The notes: generated from the letters alone by a model not told the origin. DNA of 64,000 nt from Octopus vulgaris (GCA_951406725.2 OX597825.1:64480001-64544000); one strand, 5' to 3'. Positions 1-11,679 are shown, counted from the stretch's first letter. Made by a program: numbers and translations.

Positions 1-56
1 CTTTATAAGCACGTATATAGTTATGCATGATAATGGAGGTTTTTTTTTATTCCATT

Positions 57-57
<1 letters not shown>

Positions 58-110
<53 letters not shown>

Positions 111-147
111 CAGCAGCAGCAGTAGCAGCTGCAGCAGTAGCTGTAGC

Positions 148-179
<32 letters not shown>

Positions 180-243
180 CAGCAGTAGCAGTAGCAGCAG
201 CAGTAGTAGTAGTAGTAGTAGTAGTAGCAGCAGTAGCAGTAGC

Positions 244-281
<38 letters not shown>

Positions 282-297
282 CAGCAGTAGCAGTAGC

Positions 298-335
<38 letters not shown>

Positions 336-363
336 CAGCAGTAGTAGTAGTAGTAGTAGTAGT

Positions 364-398
<35 letters not shown>

Positions 399-504
399 TA
401 GTAGTAGCAGCAGTAGCAGTAGTAGAAGTAGTAGTAGTAGTAGTAGTAGCAGCAGTAGCAGTAGCAGAAGTAGTAGTAGTAGTAGTAGTAGCAGCAGCAG
501 CAGC

Positions 505-536
<32 letters not shown>

Positions 537-591
537 CAGTAGCAGTAGTAGAAGTAGTAGTAGTAGTAGTAGTAGCAGCAGTAGCAGTAGC

Positions 592-626
<35 letters not shown>

Positions 627-642
627 CAGCAGTAGCAGCAGC

Positions 643-674
<32 letters not shown>

Positions 675-732
675 CAGCAGTAGCAGTAGTAGAAGTAGTA
701 GTAGTAGTAGTAGTAGCAGCAGTAGCAGTAGC

Positions 733-764
<32 letters not shown>

Positions 765-819
765 CAGCAGCAGCAGTAGCAGCAGCAGTAGCAGTAGTAG
801 TAGTAGTAGCAGCAGCAGC

Positions 820-881
<62 letters not shown>

Positions 882-939
882 CAGCAGTAGAAGCAGCAGT
901 AGTAGCAGCAGTAGCATCAGCAGTAGTAGCATCAGCAGC

Positions 940-972
<33 letters not shown>
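58..972. repeat. Compound (TAG/CAG)n trinucleotide tract with GAA interruptions
   Basis: Read directly; explains the poly-L and poly-V pseudo-ORFs 21..932 and 23..1075. Confidence 0.98.
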
Positions 973-975
<3 letters not shown>

Positions 976-1050
976 TCTCGCCCTCGTTCTCGTTAATCTG
1001 CAGCTTCAGCTTAATCGAGGATTACATGCTCAGAAACGCATCAGCCACAT

Positions 1051-1232
1051 TCTTTTATTTGTTTCAGTCATTTGACAGCGGCCATGCTAGAGCACCGCCT
1101 TTAGTCGAACAAATCAACCCCAGGACATTTTTTGTAAGCCTGTTACTTATTCTATTGGTTTCTTTTGCCGAACCGTAAACGCACCAGTATCGGTTGCCAA
1201 GTGAAGGTGGGTGGGTGGGGGCAAACACTGAC

Positions 1233-1294
<62 letters not shown>

Positions 1295-1431
1295 CTGTGT
1301 GTGTGTGTGGAGGCGCAATGGCCCAGTGGTTAGGGCAGCGGACTTGCACGTTAATTTCACGAGCAGGCTGTTCCGTTGATCGGATCAACCGGAACCCTCG
1401 TCGTCGTAAGTGCTTCCTTATATATATATAC

Positions 1432-1476
<45 letters not shown>

Positions 1477-1548
1477 ACGAACTTCTTTCAGTTTCCGGAA
1501 CCATGTAGATGGTAAGAAAACTTCTTGACACACAGCCACGCCTGCGCC
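1051..1548 (-). mobile_element. SINE family A (tRNA-like head, internal TA/CA microsatellite, conserved 3' half), with another SINE nested in its microsatellite
   Basis: 3' half tttcagtcatttgac..gagcaccgcctttag matches copies at 18.3, 25.2, 59-60 and 63.1 kb; head cacacagccacgcctgcgcc ends at 1548. Confidence 0.85.
1307..1417 (+). mobile_element. Internally deleted SINE family C copy
   Basis: gtggaggcgcaatggcccagtggttagggcagcggact (head of the 5057-end copy) joined directly to cacgttaatttcacgagcagg (3' part seen at ~2043-2120). Confidence 0.85.
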
Positions 1549-2235
1549 TTGACACTTTCTACATGTTTCATCGCATAGTTTATCTTGGATTACATTATCC
1601 AAGATGATCATCACGTCATACGAGCTCTGCACTTAATTCTTTCAAATGCCATGTAAAATAAATATTATCGTAGAAAAATCAAGGGTACCTCTAACATTGT
1701 CACAGGTACAGCCAGAGGTAACTACAAAATCTCCTTAAATCACGCACTGATTTATGAGAATAGAGAGGGTACTGAGTAGAAAATAGCCCTATGTCTATTG
1801 AGTCAGTTAAATCAGCACTGATTATACATCTTCTTCATTGGTACTTTACCGAATATAGAGAAAAACCGCAAGATTGTTATTCACTGATCCTATAATATAT
1901 GACTATATCTTAATACCAGGACTTTATTCTCATTCGAGACGGAGGCCTCGGGCTGGAAGTGGCCTCTTGACAGGCCCCGCCCCAGATGTCTTGACGTGAT
2001 TGGGGAAGATCTCCAGAGGCTTGACGTCACCTTGGAGGATGTGGAAGCACTCCGTCGGTTACGACGATGAGGGTTCCGGTTGATCCGACCAACGGAACAG
2101 CCTGCTCGTGAAATTAACGTGTAAGTGGCTGAGCACTCCACAGACACGTGTACCCTTAACGTAGTTCTCGGGGATATTCAGCATGACACAGAGAGTGACA
2201 AGGCCGGATTTTTGAAATATAGGTACAACAGAAAC

Positions 2236-2237
<2 letters not shown>

Positions 2238-2268
<31 letters not shown>

Positions 2269-4865
2269 ATTTGGCTCAAAAGCAAATAGCAAGGCCATGT
2301 AGGGGGACATGGAGTTAAGTACAGGGTGGTGTTCATGTAAAGAGTTCAGGCCACTTGAGGTCCAGGGAGGCTTTGAACAAAGCGGTCGTCGGCATCTTCA
2401 CCATCTCGGCTGGCAGCTTGTTCCACGGATCCGCAACCCGGACGGAGAAAGCTCCTCTCCTTCGATTGAGATGAAATCGTCGCAGGTAGAGCTTTTCGGA
2501 ATGACCCCGCAGCCGACGCTCCGGAGCAGGAGTGAAGAACAGCTCTTTCGAGAGGTTACACTTCCCGCTTATGATGTTGTGGGCGAGAATGAGATCACCA
2601 CGGCGGCGGCGTTTTTCAAGAGAATAAAGGTCGAGCGTCCTCAGCCTTTCTTCGTAGGACAAATTTTTGAGACCATGAACCAGGCGGGTAGCCAGCCTCT
2701 GGACTGTTTCGAGGCGCTGTATGTCTTTGAGGAGATAAGGAGAAGAGGCTTGAATCCCATACTCCAATATGGGTCTCACCAGCGTGACATAGAGTGGCAG
2801 GAATATGGCTGCTGTGAGCATTCCGAATGACCGTCGAATCAAAAGCAGAATTCCGCGCGCTTTGTTGGCAGCATGGACGCACTGGGCCGAAGGCGAAAAG
2901 GAGGAATCCACCAAGATACCCAGGTCCTTTACCTGATCGGTCCTCTCCAGCAGCAGACGACCCGGCTCGAAATCAAGTTGAGTTGTAGGAGTAGAGCCGA
3001 CAGGCAGATGACAGCACTTTGACACGTTCAGGCACAGGTCCCAATCGTTAGACCACTTCCAAATTTGGTGGAGGCATCGACGAAGATCCTCTATACTACC
3101 GCGAGGAGCGACCAGTTTGATATCGTCGGCAAATAGAAGGGTATGTTGCGTGAGGTCGTCGGGCAAGTCATTTATGAAGACTAAGAACAACAAGGGCCCA
3201 AGCACTGAACCTTGAGGCACGCCACTGCTCGCACTGGAGACGTCGGACCGCGAACCATTAATTTGAACTTGGAAGGAGCGATCTGAGAGGAAGGCACCAA
3301 CCCATCGTACAATATCCGGATGGAAACTATATGCTTGAAGCTTGACAAGTAGTAGGCGGTGGTTTACCGAGTCAAAAGCTTTGGCAAAGTCCAATAAAAC
3401 GATGTCAACAGCATCACTATCATCGAGGATGCGCGTCACCAATTCTTCCATTACTAGTAAGTTGGTCAAGCATGATCTCTTCGGCACGAAGCCGTGTTGG
3501 GAATCAGTGATCGAGGCTGTGCTTAGGAGGTGGGCATCATACTTTTCTTAAGGATGGTTTTGAACATCTTGCTGATTATTGATGTAAGGGAAACCGGTCG
3601 GTAGTTAAGCGGGTCTTCGCGGCTCCCTTTCTTGAAAATTGGGCAGATTATCGCTGTTCTCCAGTCTGCAGGTATAACACCCGTCGCCAATGACATATTG
3701 AATAGTCGTGTTAAGGGCTCGCAGATGACCGGAGCCAACGCTTTGATAACCCGTGGGTGTATGCCGTCAGGGCCGTGACCCTTGTTGACATCGAGGCCTT
3801 GAATAACACGTTTGACTTGGTCCCGCGTGATGATCAATCGAAGCATTGGAGGTACCGATCTATCAAATGGAGGGGGTTCACGACCATCATCTTGTTTGAA
3901 AATAGTTGAAAAAGCCTCGGCAAATAATTGACTCTGTTGATAAGGGTCCTCAATCGATACGCCTGTTGAGTCTACCAATGTTGCAATCTGGTTGTTCAAG
4001 CGGGAATTCCGCTGGACATGGGCAAAGAAGGTTTTTGGATTGCTACTGGCATTTGCCGCGATTTTGTATTCATAACTGAAGCGTTCTTTCTTTTCAATTT
4101 TCACGGCTCGGTCTCGTTGAGTTTTGTACACCTCAAAAGCTGCAGTCGAATCCAGATTTTTGAATTCAGCCCAAGCAATATCTCTGAGTCGACGTTCTCG
4201 TTTAACCTTCTTCGTCACCCAGGGCTTGTATTTCTTCCTCTTGGGAAGTCCAACGGGAACTGCCTGGTCAATCAAACAGATTACATATGCTTTGAGGGAT
4301 GACCATAGTTCGTCAACTGAGGACAACGTCATCAGGGAACGCCAGTCCAGAAGCGCGGAAGCCTCGGTTAGAATTTCAAGATTAATTGCAGAGAAGACTC
4401 TACGTGGCAGCGAAGTAATCGTGGGCGTGGAAAAAGTTGTGTGCATGACGAACTTCAGGACCGCATGATCACTCTTGGCAAGAGGGGCGCACACAGATAC
4501 GTCTGACACTGATCTTGGATAGCGGGAGAATACCAGATCTAGCATAGATGGCTGCTGCCCAGACCGATGCCTTGTCGGATATTCAACATGTTGCGATAGA
4601 AAACAATCTTCAGCCACGTCAAGAAGGGCCTGGCCGAACCGGGAAGATGTTGTACAAATTGATGCGGGCCAATCGATCGTGGGAGCGTTGAAGTCGCCTA
4701 GTACCAAGCAGTCATGCGAAGCTGAAACGAATCTTATCGCCTCGAGTAGATGAGCATCGTCCTGGGGGTCGGCTAGAGGCGGCCTGTAGACAGCCAACAC
4801 GGGCAGGCAAAACTCAGATAGGCTCAGCTTGCAATAGACGGCATCGAATTTGGTTGTAGGTTGAG
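2238..4865 (-). mobile_element. 5'-truncated CR1-type non-LTR retrotransposon with a (CTAA)n 3' tail
   Basis: APE and RT ORFs; (ttag)n at 2238-2268 on the plus strand; cag repeated at 2235-2237 and 4866-4868. Confidence 0.92.
2333..3487 (-). CDS. LINE ORF2 3' part: RT core and CR1-like C-terminus, continuing the previous ORF across a 1-nt frameshift near 3535
   Basis: LDFAKAFDSV, GVPQGSVLGPLLF, LFADD, YEERL..L.LYSLEKRR.RGDLI; adding one base gives MMAHLLSTASITDSQHGFVPKR. Confidence 0.92.
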   Translation of the reverse strand: MPKRSCLTNLLVMEELVTRILDDSDAVDIVLLDFAKAFDSVNHRLLLVKLQAYSFHPDIVRWVGAFLSDRSFQVQINGSRSDVSSASSGVPQGSVLGPLLFLVFINDLPDDLTQHTLLFADDIKLVAPRGSIEDLRRCLHQIWKWSNDWDLCLNVSKCCHLPVGSTPTTQLDFEPGRLLLERTDQVKDLGILVDSSFSPSAQCVHAANKARGILLLIRRSFGMLTAAIFLPLYVTLVRPILEYGIQASSPYLLKDIQRLETVQRLATRLVHGLKNLSYEERLRTLDLYSLEKRRRRGDLILAHNIISGKCNLSKELFFTPAPERRLRGHSEKLYLRRFHLNRRRGAFSVRVADPWNKLPAEMVKMPTTALFKASLDLKWPELFT

Positions 4866-4923
4866 CAGGAAGAAAGAGTGAGAGAAAGTTGTGGTGAAAG
4901 AGTACAGCAGGGATCACCACCAT
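3523..4923 (-). CDS. LINE ORF2 5' part: APE endonuclease (N-truncated), linker and start of RT; first ~20 codons come from the SINE
   Basis: VYRPP, LGDFNAP, LDLVFS, SDH; GPDGIHP, PIFKKG, NYRPVSLTS. Confidence 0.9.
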   Translation of the reverse strand: MVVIPAVLFHHNFLSLFLPAQPTTKFDAVYCKLSLSEFCLPVLAVYRPPLADPQDDAHLLEAIRFVSASHDCLVLGDFNAPTIDWPASICTTSSRFGQALLDVAEDCFLSQHVEYPTRHRSGQQPSMLDLVFSRYPRSVSDVSVCAPLAKSDHAVLKFVMHTTFSTPTITSLPRRVFSAINLEILTEASALLDWRSLMTLSSVDELWSSLKAYVICLIDQAVPVGLPKRKKYKPWVTKKVKRERRLRDIAWAEFKNLDSTAAFEVYKTQRDRAVKIEKKERFSYEYKIAANASSNPKTFFAHVQRNSRLNNQIATLVDSTGVSIEDPYQQSQLFAEAFSTIFKQDDGREPPPFDRSVPPMLRLIITRDQVKRVIQGLDVNKGHGPDGIHPRVIKALAPVICEPLTRLFNMSLATGVIPADWRTAIICPIFKKGSREDPLNYRPVSLTSIISKMFKTILKKSMMPTS

Positions 4924-5325
4924 CCCCTGCCGGAGCGTCGTGGAGCTTTAGGTGTTTTCGCCCAATAAACACTCACAACGCCCGGTCTGGGAATCGAAAC
5001 CGCGATCCTACGACCGCGAGTCCGCTGCCCTAACCACTGGGCCATTGCGCCTCCACTCTTGGAGGATGTAGAGAAGCTGGCATGTGACCGCCAATGAGGG
5101 ACGACACTGGTGGACCTGGTCGCATGATGATGCCTGTAGGACCACTAATTTAGAATGACCTCAGCCCCATCAACTAAGAGCATGAAACCAAGCCAAGTCG
5201 AGTCGACAAAACAGGAAACAAATTCTTACCACGTCACCGCGAATGTCACCGCGAACAGCAACAATATTTAAAGAAAACGAAAGTAACTTTAGGCGGCCAC
5301 TTCATTTACTAGAAATACAAATACA

Positions 5326-5743
5326 TATTTCTTTACTACCCACAAGGGGATAAACGCGGAAGGGGACAAACAAGGACAGACAAACGGATTAAGTCGATTA
5401 CATCAACCCCAGTGCGTAACTGGTACTTAATTTATCGACCCCGAAAGGATGAAAGGCAAAGTCGACCTTGGCTGAATTTTGAGCTCAGAACGTAACGGCA
5501 GATGAAATACCTATTTCTTTACTACCCACAAGGGGCTAGACATAGAGAAGACAAACAAGGACAGACAAAGGGATTAAGTCGATTACATCGACCCCAGTAC
5601 GTAACTGGTACTTATTTGATCGACTCCGAAAGGATGAAAGGCAAAGTCGACCTCGGCGGAATTTGATCTCAGAACGTAACGGCAGACGTTATACGGCTAC
5701 ACATTTCGCCCGGCGTGCTAACGTTTCTGCCAGCTCGCCGCCT
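5326..5743 (-). mobile_element. SINE family B head-to-tail dimer
   Basis: Two ccgaaaggatgaaaggcaaagtcgacc cores; 16-bp TSD tagaaatacaaataca at 5310-5325 and 5744-5759. Confidence 0.9.
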
Positions 5744-7253
5744 TAGAAATACAAATACAAATGTTGCTTAAAACAAGCATTGCTCTTGTTAAACCACATT
5801 GAAAAATATACACGATACATTATGTCTGGATGCTCATGGGTAGCTTACCTTAAATCATATATCTACTCGAATAGGGTGAGGATGGACGAAACAACATCTA
5901 AAATTACTGGAGCAATAACACAAATAGCCATTAACTTGATCAATATCAGTATCGAGTATCTAGATAACTGTAGTACCTTGGGTAGTTAGAAATAACAAGA
6001 TCTTCCATAAATCTCGTTGTACTGTTTTCGAAGAAAATGTAAATAAACACTAGATAAGTAATTTATTGGTATACGGTTTTGAAGAAAAGAGCACCTTCGA
6101 TCATAAATCTGTTTGATCAGGTATGAATGGGGTGACATAACAATAAACAAAATGAGAATGTTCTTCGTTATATATTTTTAAACAACTTGGTGAACCGGAA
6201 AATTTTAAAGTTAATTACATTGTACATAGACAACTCCGGTAACACGACACAAAATATGTAACCTTCGGACAGATATGACTCTTAAAGTCTGGGTTGAAGA
6301 CAAGATTTATTTCATGATATAAAATTACCAACGAGATGATAATAAAATAAAAACGAAGACAGAAAATAATGAAATGCTAATATATAAACACACACACACA
6401 CACGCACATATACACACTCGTACACACACGTACACACATACACACAAACATACAGTCTCCGTTTATTTAGATTTGTTTTCCATATATTTTATGCATTAGA
6501 ACAGGAAACTGAAGATGAGTTCTGCAAGTTTACAGGAAATATAATAGTATCAGAAGAAAGCTATAATAACTATTTAAAATATTGATGAGCTTTACAGTAT
6601 TAATCAATGAATGCAGTGAAACCTGTCCAGACATTCATAATTGTTTGCAAATTGTCTACATTAAAATCTCTCTATTCTTTATTTTCTGATATGTTTTTTG
6701 CTCTTTTTGATTCTTTATTTTTCTTCCACCATAGAATTATCTCTTCTATTTTTCTATTATTTCTTTGTTTTTACTAAATGTGTTTTCTTTCCAAATATTA
6801 TGTTACAACGATTGATCGCATGTGTAGTTATATCTTTGGCAATAATGAGATTTGTATCATAATTTGGTGCTTCGTATTCTTCGCCTGATTTCTTTCTTTT
6901 TTTTTTTTTTTAAATATATTTCTATTTGCTCCATGATTCCAATAGTGCAATAGTGTTGCCGTCTAGCTTCCAGGTTTGATAAATTAAACGTTAATATAAA
7001 TAATTTTAACGTTCGTAGATAAAATTTGTAGCGAGATGATTTACTCCAAACTGTTAACAACATGCAACGCATCGGAGAAAGATGTATTTCTTCGGAGAAA
7101 GAGATGTAACGCCAAATAAACAATGTTGCAAAATCTATAAATTCTTCCGAGAATGAATCATAGGGTTTAGTTACATTCGTTATAGGTGTTTTCTTATTCT
7201 CATTGCTATTACGAAACCGCCGGAATTACATTCGTTCGTGCATTTAAACACAG

Positions 7254-7255
7254 AT

Positions 7256-7330
<75 letters not shown>
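7254..7330. repeat. (GATA)n microsatellite
   Basis: Read directly. Confidence 0.95.
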
Positions 7331-7764
7331 CATTCATACATACACATATATACATACATACATATATGTATATATGTATGTATGCATACGCAAATATCCT
7401 AGTATTTATGTATGTATATATATACACAGAGAGAGAAGCAACCCAGGGAGAGAGAAATGGAGTGATTTAATGGATACAATTAATTTATTAATTAATTAAC
7501 ATTGCCTAAAATATTTTCAATTCACATTCAATTGAAGAGTTTGAGTAGAATATCATCAGGACGAAAGGACATTAAGGAAGTTACTCGAGACATTTTAACT
7601 GAATCTTAAAACCAGTAGAGTGATATAGTTCTGCTTTTAAGTTTCATTTTTCTTATTTATTTACTTCAATTTTTCCTGTTCTACTTACTAACATGAGTAT
7701 TACAACGGTTATTAATCAACGGCCCACTCGTTTCAACAATAATAACGCTGAAATCGTTATTCCA

Positions 7765-8335
7765 TTCATTTTCCAGCTACTCAAAGATACAAGAAAATAT
7801 TTAATAGGCGTACTTTGAAATTATTATACAGCAGCTGCTGCCCTAATATGAAGAGTATCATTACATTTGGTTAATAGGAAGAGTCTAATTCCATTTGTAA
7901 CTGACACGACGCCAGATCCTCTCCACTTGACCAACGGTGTATGACTAAGTCTATCATATACAATGCAGAAGTTACTGCAACCATAAATAATAATACAACC
8001 GAAAAGAAGAATTATATTGGAGTATGTGACGGAGAATTTAAAATTGCTATGGCAATCACATAGCCTTCTTCAGACATAGGGACAAAAGCAAAGCTACTAA
8101 GTTGGTCAACTACATATGGAGTTTGAAAGATAACGATATACCACATGTGATTCGTGGAAAGTAATTGAGAAATCCATTCTTTATGATAATGGATCGAAAA
8201 AATATAGATTTTTGTATAGCTGAGAGCTCAAATTCTGTTTATGTCTAGGAACCCTTCGTCTATACTGGACACTAGGCCTGAAATTTTCAGCAGTTGCAAG
8301 CCTATGTATAAATATATTTCGAAGAACTAGGAAAT
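7765..8335 (+). pseudogene. Decayed PLE GIY-YIG endonuclease region
   Basis: Manual translation: HFPATQRYKKIFNRRTLKL..SSCCPNMKSII, PLDQRCMTKSIIYNAEV, NYIGVCDGEFK, YIWSLKD, with frameshifts and stops. Confidence 0.7.
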
Positions 8336-8620
8336 TCAGCCTAATCCTCATTAACTTGTTGCTACCTTTCCAGCCTTATAACTTAACGTCTAAGGCGAAC
8401 TCTTTTACCTTTTCTACTTGTTACTTTTTATATTTTGTGTTTTTGTGTTTCGTGTTTTTTTAACCCTTCGTGCTTTCTATATGCTCCTTTCTTTTTTTTT
8501 GCGTGTTTTCTCTTATTCAATCATTTTAGTTCGTTATGTTATGTGGTTTATGCCTGATTCTTTTATTCTTCTATTCTTTTATGAGAGAGCCTGTACCCAT
8601 CATCTCATCTAGGGATATAC

Positions 8621-8898
8621 TGGCAACTAATTTTGCTTAACTGCACCCTTTACACCATGGGTTAGCTTGTTTTTATTTGCTTCATTCTGGACCTGATTTT
8701 CAGCCAGCATACTTGTCTACACCCATTTTTTCTGAACCCCGTTAGACCTACCCATTTAGGGACAACCCCACCCCACCTCACCCCTACAATATAACTTAAT
8801 TTTAACAACTTGATATTAATTGCACACCTCTCTAGATTATATTTGTTTGCACTTGGCACTACATTAGACGCTTTCCTATGAGGAATTATTGCCTTTAG
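8621..8898 (+). repeat. Dispersed ~280-bp repeat, copy 1
   Basis: Shares tttacaccatgggtta, ttcagccagcatact, ttagacctacccatttagg and aattattgcctttag with 12003-12277. Confidence 0.85.
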
Positions 8899-9886
8899 GC
8901 ATATTGTATATGAATGGAAGTGAAATTTCGTGGCAGATCCCATATGGTTTCACCCAAGCAAGGGCTAATATAACAAGTTTAGTTATATGAACAATATTGT
9001 ATTAATAATAATATATATCAAGTAGGATTTAGTAAACTGTAGTAGGACCCTGAATTTGTAACAATGTAAGTAATTAACAAGTGATTTAACTTGTAATCAT
9101 TTAACTATTTTGAGGTCGTGTGCTTTTGCCATCTCATATGTCTAATAGGCAGAATGTAATCAGGAGCGATTAAACATTTACTTGTTCGCCTAGTATAACC
9201 ACCACTTGAAACTATGCTAGCTATTTAAAATGTTAGATTTAGCATTATAAGTTGAAGGTAAATACACTAGGCACTACCTGCCCTAACGGTAGTCTCCCCT
9301 ACACTGTTAGTTATTTACTGTTGTACGGTTCCTCGTATTCAATGACATAAGCGGCCTTGCGGCACTCATGACGTAGATTTACCGCCCACACATTTTACTT
9401 TCTGTTTTATTTACTTCTTTATTTACATCTACCCTCATAACGGTATTAGCTTGTCCTTGGTTTTAAATTTAACTGACCAGTTGTAGAGATAGCTGGACTT
9501 TGGTCAATTCCATTACGGTGGTTGGTCTTTAGAATATATCAGTAAGTAAGCTATTGTAACAACTTTACGGCAATGGCTTTAGGTAAATATTAATGAGCAC
9601 TATTTACGAAATCATAAGTACTCTTCTTTTTCTAAGCTTATTAGCGAATCCTGTTATACTTAAATACAAGTTTTATTTTCGTTTTATTTATACACCATGA
9701 TAGCCCTAAAGAAAGATTAACTATTTTCTAGTTTATTTGCTAGTTTATTCATTTGCTCTTCGACTTCTAGCTTTCCACTGCAAAATGATATGATTCTAAC
9801 TTATTAAGCCGTCTCTCCTAGTCTCGAGACCTTATTCTTTCCTCTTCTCTTTTCTCTTTTTTATATTTTATGTATTTGTATTCACT

Positions 9887-9993
9887 CTGATGAAGCTCAA
9901 TGTACTAGATCGGATGTGCTATAAACAGGAGGAATATTTATTTCTCAATGTTCTGTGGGGCAACGACAGACATAAGTAGCAGAAAAGGCTGTA
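9887..9993 (+). ncRNA. Degenerate hammerhead-like motif with long stem II
   Basis: CTGATGA-agct..~85 nt..agca-GAAA-aggctgta. Confidence 0.4.
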
Positions 9994-10249
9994 AGCAAAT
10001 TTAAAGTTTTGAATTAAAAAAACTTTAACGATGGTAGTCAAATTGTTTGTTGATCAAAAGTTTTCTCCATTTTCTGCTTATTTTAAATTTGATTCTGATA
10101 AACTCTTGTTTATTCTGGTATTACCAGTATACTATGAGTATAGTACACTTGCCTATCTATGCCTAGGGTTAACATAGGTAATTTATAACGGTAATAATAA
10201 CGAATAGTCTTATCCTTTAGACGGTTATCCCAACCGCTAACTCTACTTA

Positions 10250-10304
<55 letters not shown>

Positions 10305-10742
10305 GTATCTATAGAGAGAGAGATAGATAAATAGATATATACATACATATATACATACATACGCACGTGCATACATATATCCATACATACGTACATACAA
10401 GTGTGCATATATAACTATATACACATATACGTGAATATATATGCTATATTAATGTATTTCTGGAGATTGTATAGTCGCAATGAAAATGAATCAATACCTG
10501 CAACGAATATACGTAAAATCTACGATTCAGTCTAGGAAGAATTTATAGCTGTTTTCAACATTGCTGTTCACCGACGTATTTGAGTCCACTTTTGGCCTAA
10601 TACCTCTGTTTCTGAAGAAATTCATTTCCCTGAAGCGTTGCAAGTCGCTTGCTCTTTGAGGTAAATCAAGACAGTATATGGTTACCTGAAACCTTCTAAA
10701 AGGGTTTCTATAAATTGTTATCGTCTATCAAAATAGGTGACG

Positions 10743-11030
10743 AAGGCGCATGACATAGTGGTTAGAGGATTGGGCTCGCAATCATGAAGTCGTGTGTTGT
10801 GTTCTTGCTCCAGTTCGTTCAACTATAGAAATGAGTTGCATCATCACTAGTGCTGAGCTGTATCGGCCTTTGCCTTTCTCTTGGAAGATATCGGTGGCGT
10901 GGAGAGAGGAGGCTGGTATGCATGAGTGACTGCTGGTCTTCTAGAAACAACCCTGCCGAGACTTGTGCCTCAGAGGGTAACTTTCGAGGTGCAATTCCAC
11001 GGTCATTCATGACCGAAGTGTATCTTTACG
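10743..11030 (+). mobile_element. Decayed tRNA-headed SINE of a further family
   Basis: Head aggcgcatgacatagtggttagagg resembles the C/D heads; body differs. Confidence 0.55.
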
Positions 11031-11679
11031 TATTTTTATCAAAATAGGTAACTGATTATTTTTACACATCTGGTATATTTTGTAAAGGTATACTTATCTT
11101 TGTAACCTTCCACACATTTCGTCTGCTATGCAGATTCAGTAGGTATAGTCAACGAGAAAAAAAGAGATAATGATTAAGTGAAGAAGATATTAAAGAGCGA
11201 TATCTAAGCACAAGAGATAGATATAAACGAATTAACTATAGATACTCTAATTAAATATATACTCCCAACTGTCTGAAAATTATTTAGTCATAGATACGGC
11301 GAAATTACAAAGCTGTGTTTCTTCTTTAGAGAAAGTGTAAATTATAAGACGACTATTCCAACACTAAACAGCTTCTTGTCTTTTAGAAAAATACGTATCA
11401 CTAGATTACACTAACACACACAAGTCTTAGATTGTTAATTGACTCCACCAAAATTACTCTACACCTGATTGGAAATTTTCACATTCAGCAACAATCAGAA
11501 ATTATCTACAAGAAAGCTTACTTCTCACTGCCTCCATTTTGAAATATTTATGTCTAACCTCTTTCCTCCTAAACTCTCTCTCTCTTTCTCTCCCCTCTCT
11601 TTCTCTCTCTCTCTCTCATTCCATATATCTACCTATCTGATAGCCTTTCAGTGTAGTGATCTATTAAATACGTATATGG

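Larger units (their letters stand above)
2043..5057 (-). mobile_element. SINE family C, split by a LINE (3' part 2043-2237, 5' part 4866-5057)
   Basis: tRNA-like head with A/B-box-like motifs at the 5057 end; 12-bp TSD cttggaggatgt at 2031-2042 and 5058-5069. Confidence 0.9.
1915..5205 (+). mobile_element. 3'-terminal fragment of an RTE-type LINE (about 1915-2042 plus 5058-5205), split by a SINE insertion
   Basis: Rejoined flanks read GWKWPLDRPRPRCLDVIGEDLQRLDVTLEDVEKLACDRQ, like an RTE ORF C-terminus (G.RPRGRP..RW.D....DL); short caag-type tail near 5190-5205. Confidence 0.65.

Noticed and set aside
21-1075. 303-aa poly-Leu and 350-aa poly-Val ORFs
   Set aside because: Stop-free frames of a trinucleotide tract
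2309-4468. Plus-strand ORFs overlapping the LINE
   Set aside because: Antisense shadows of ORF2 with no recognisable motifs
4975-5057. tRNA-like sequences (also at 36.8, 61.6 and 62.6 kb) as tRNA genes
   Set aside because: They continue into SINE bodies flanked by TSDs
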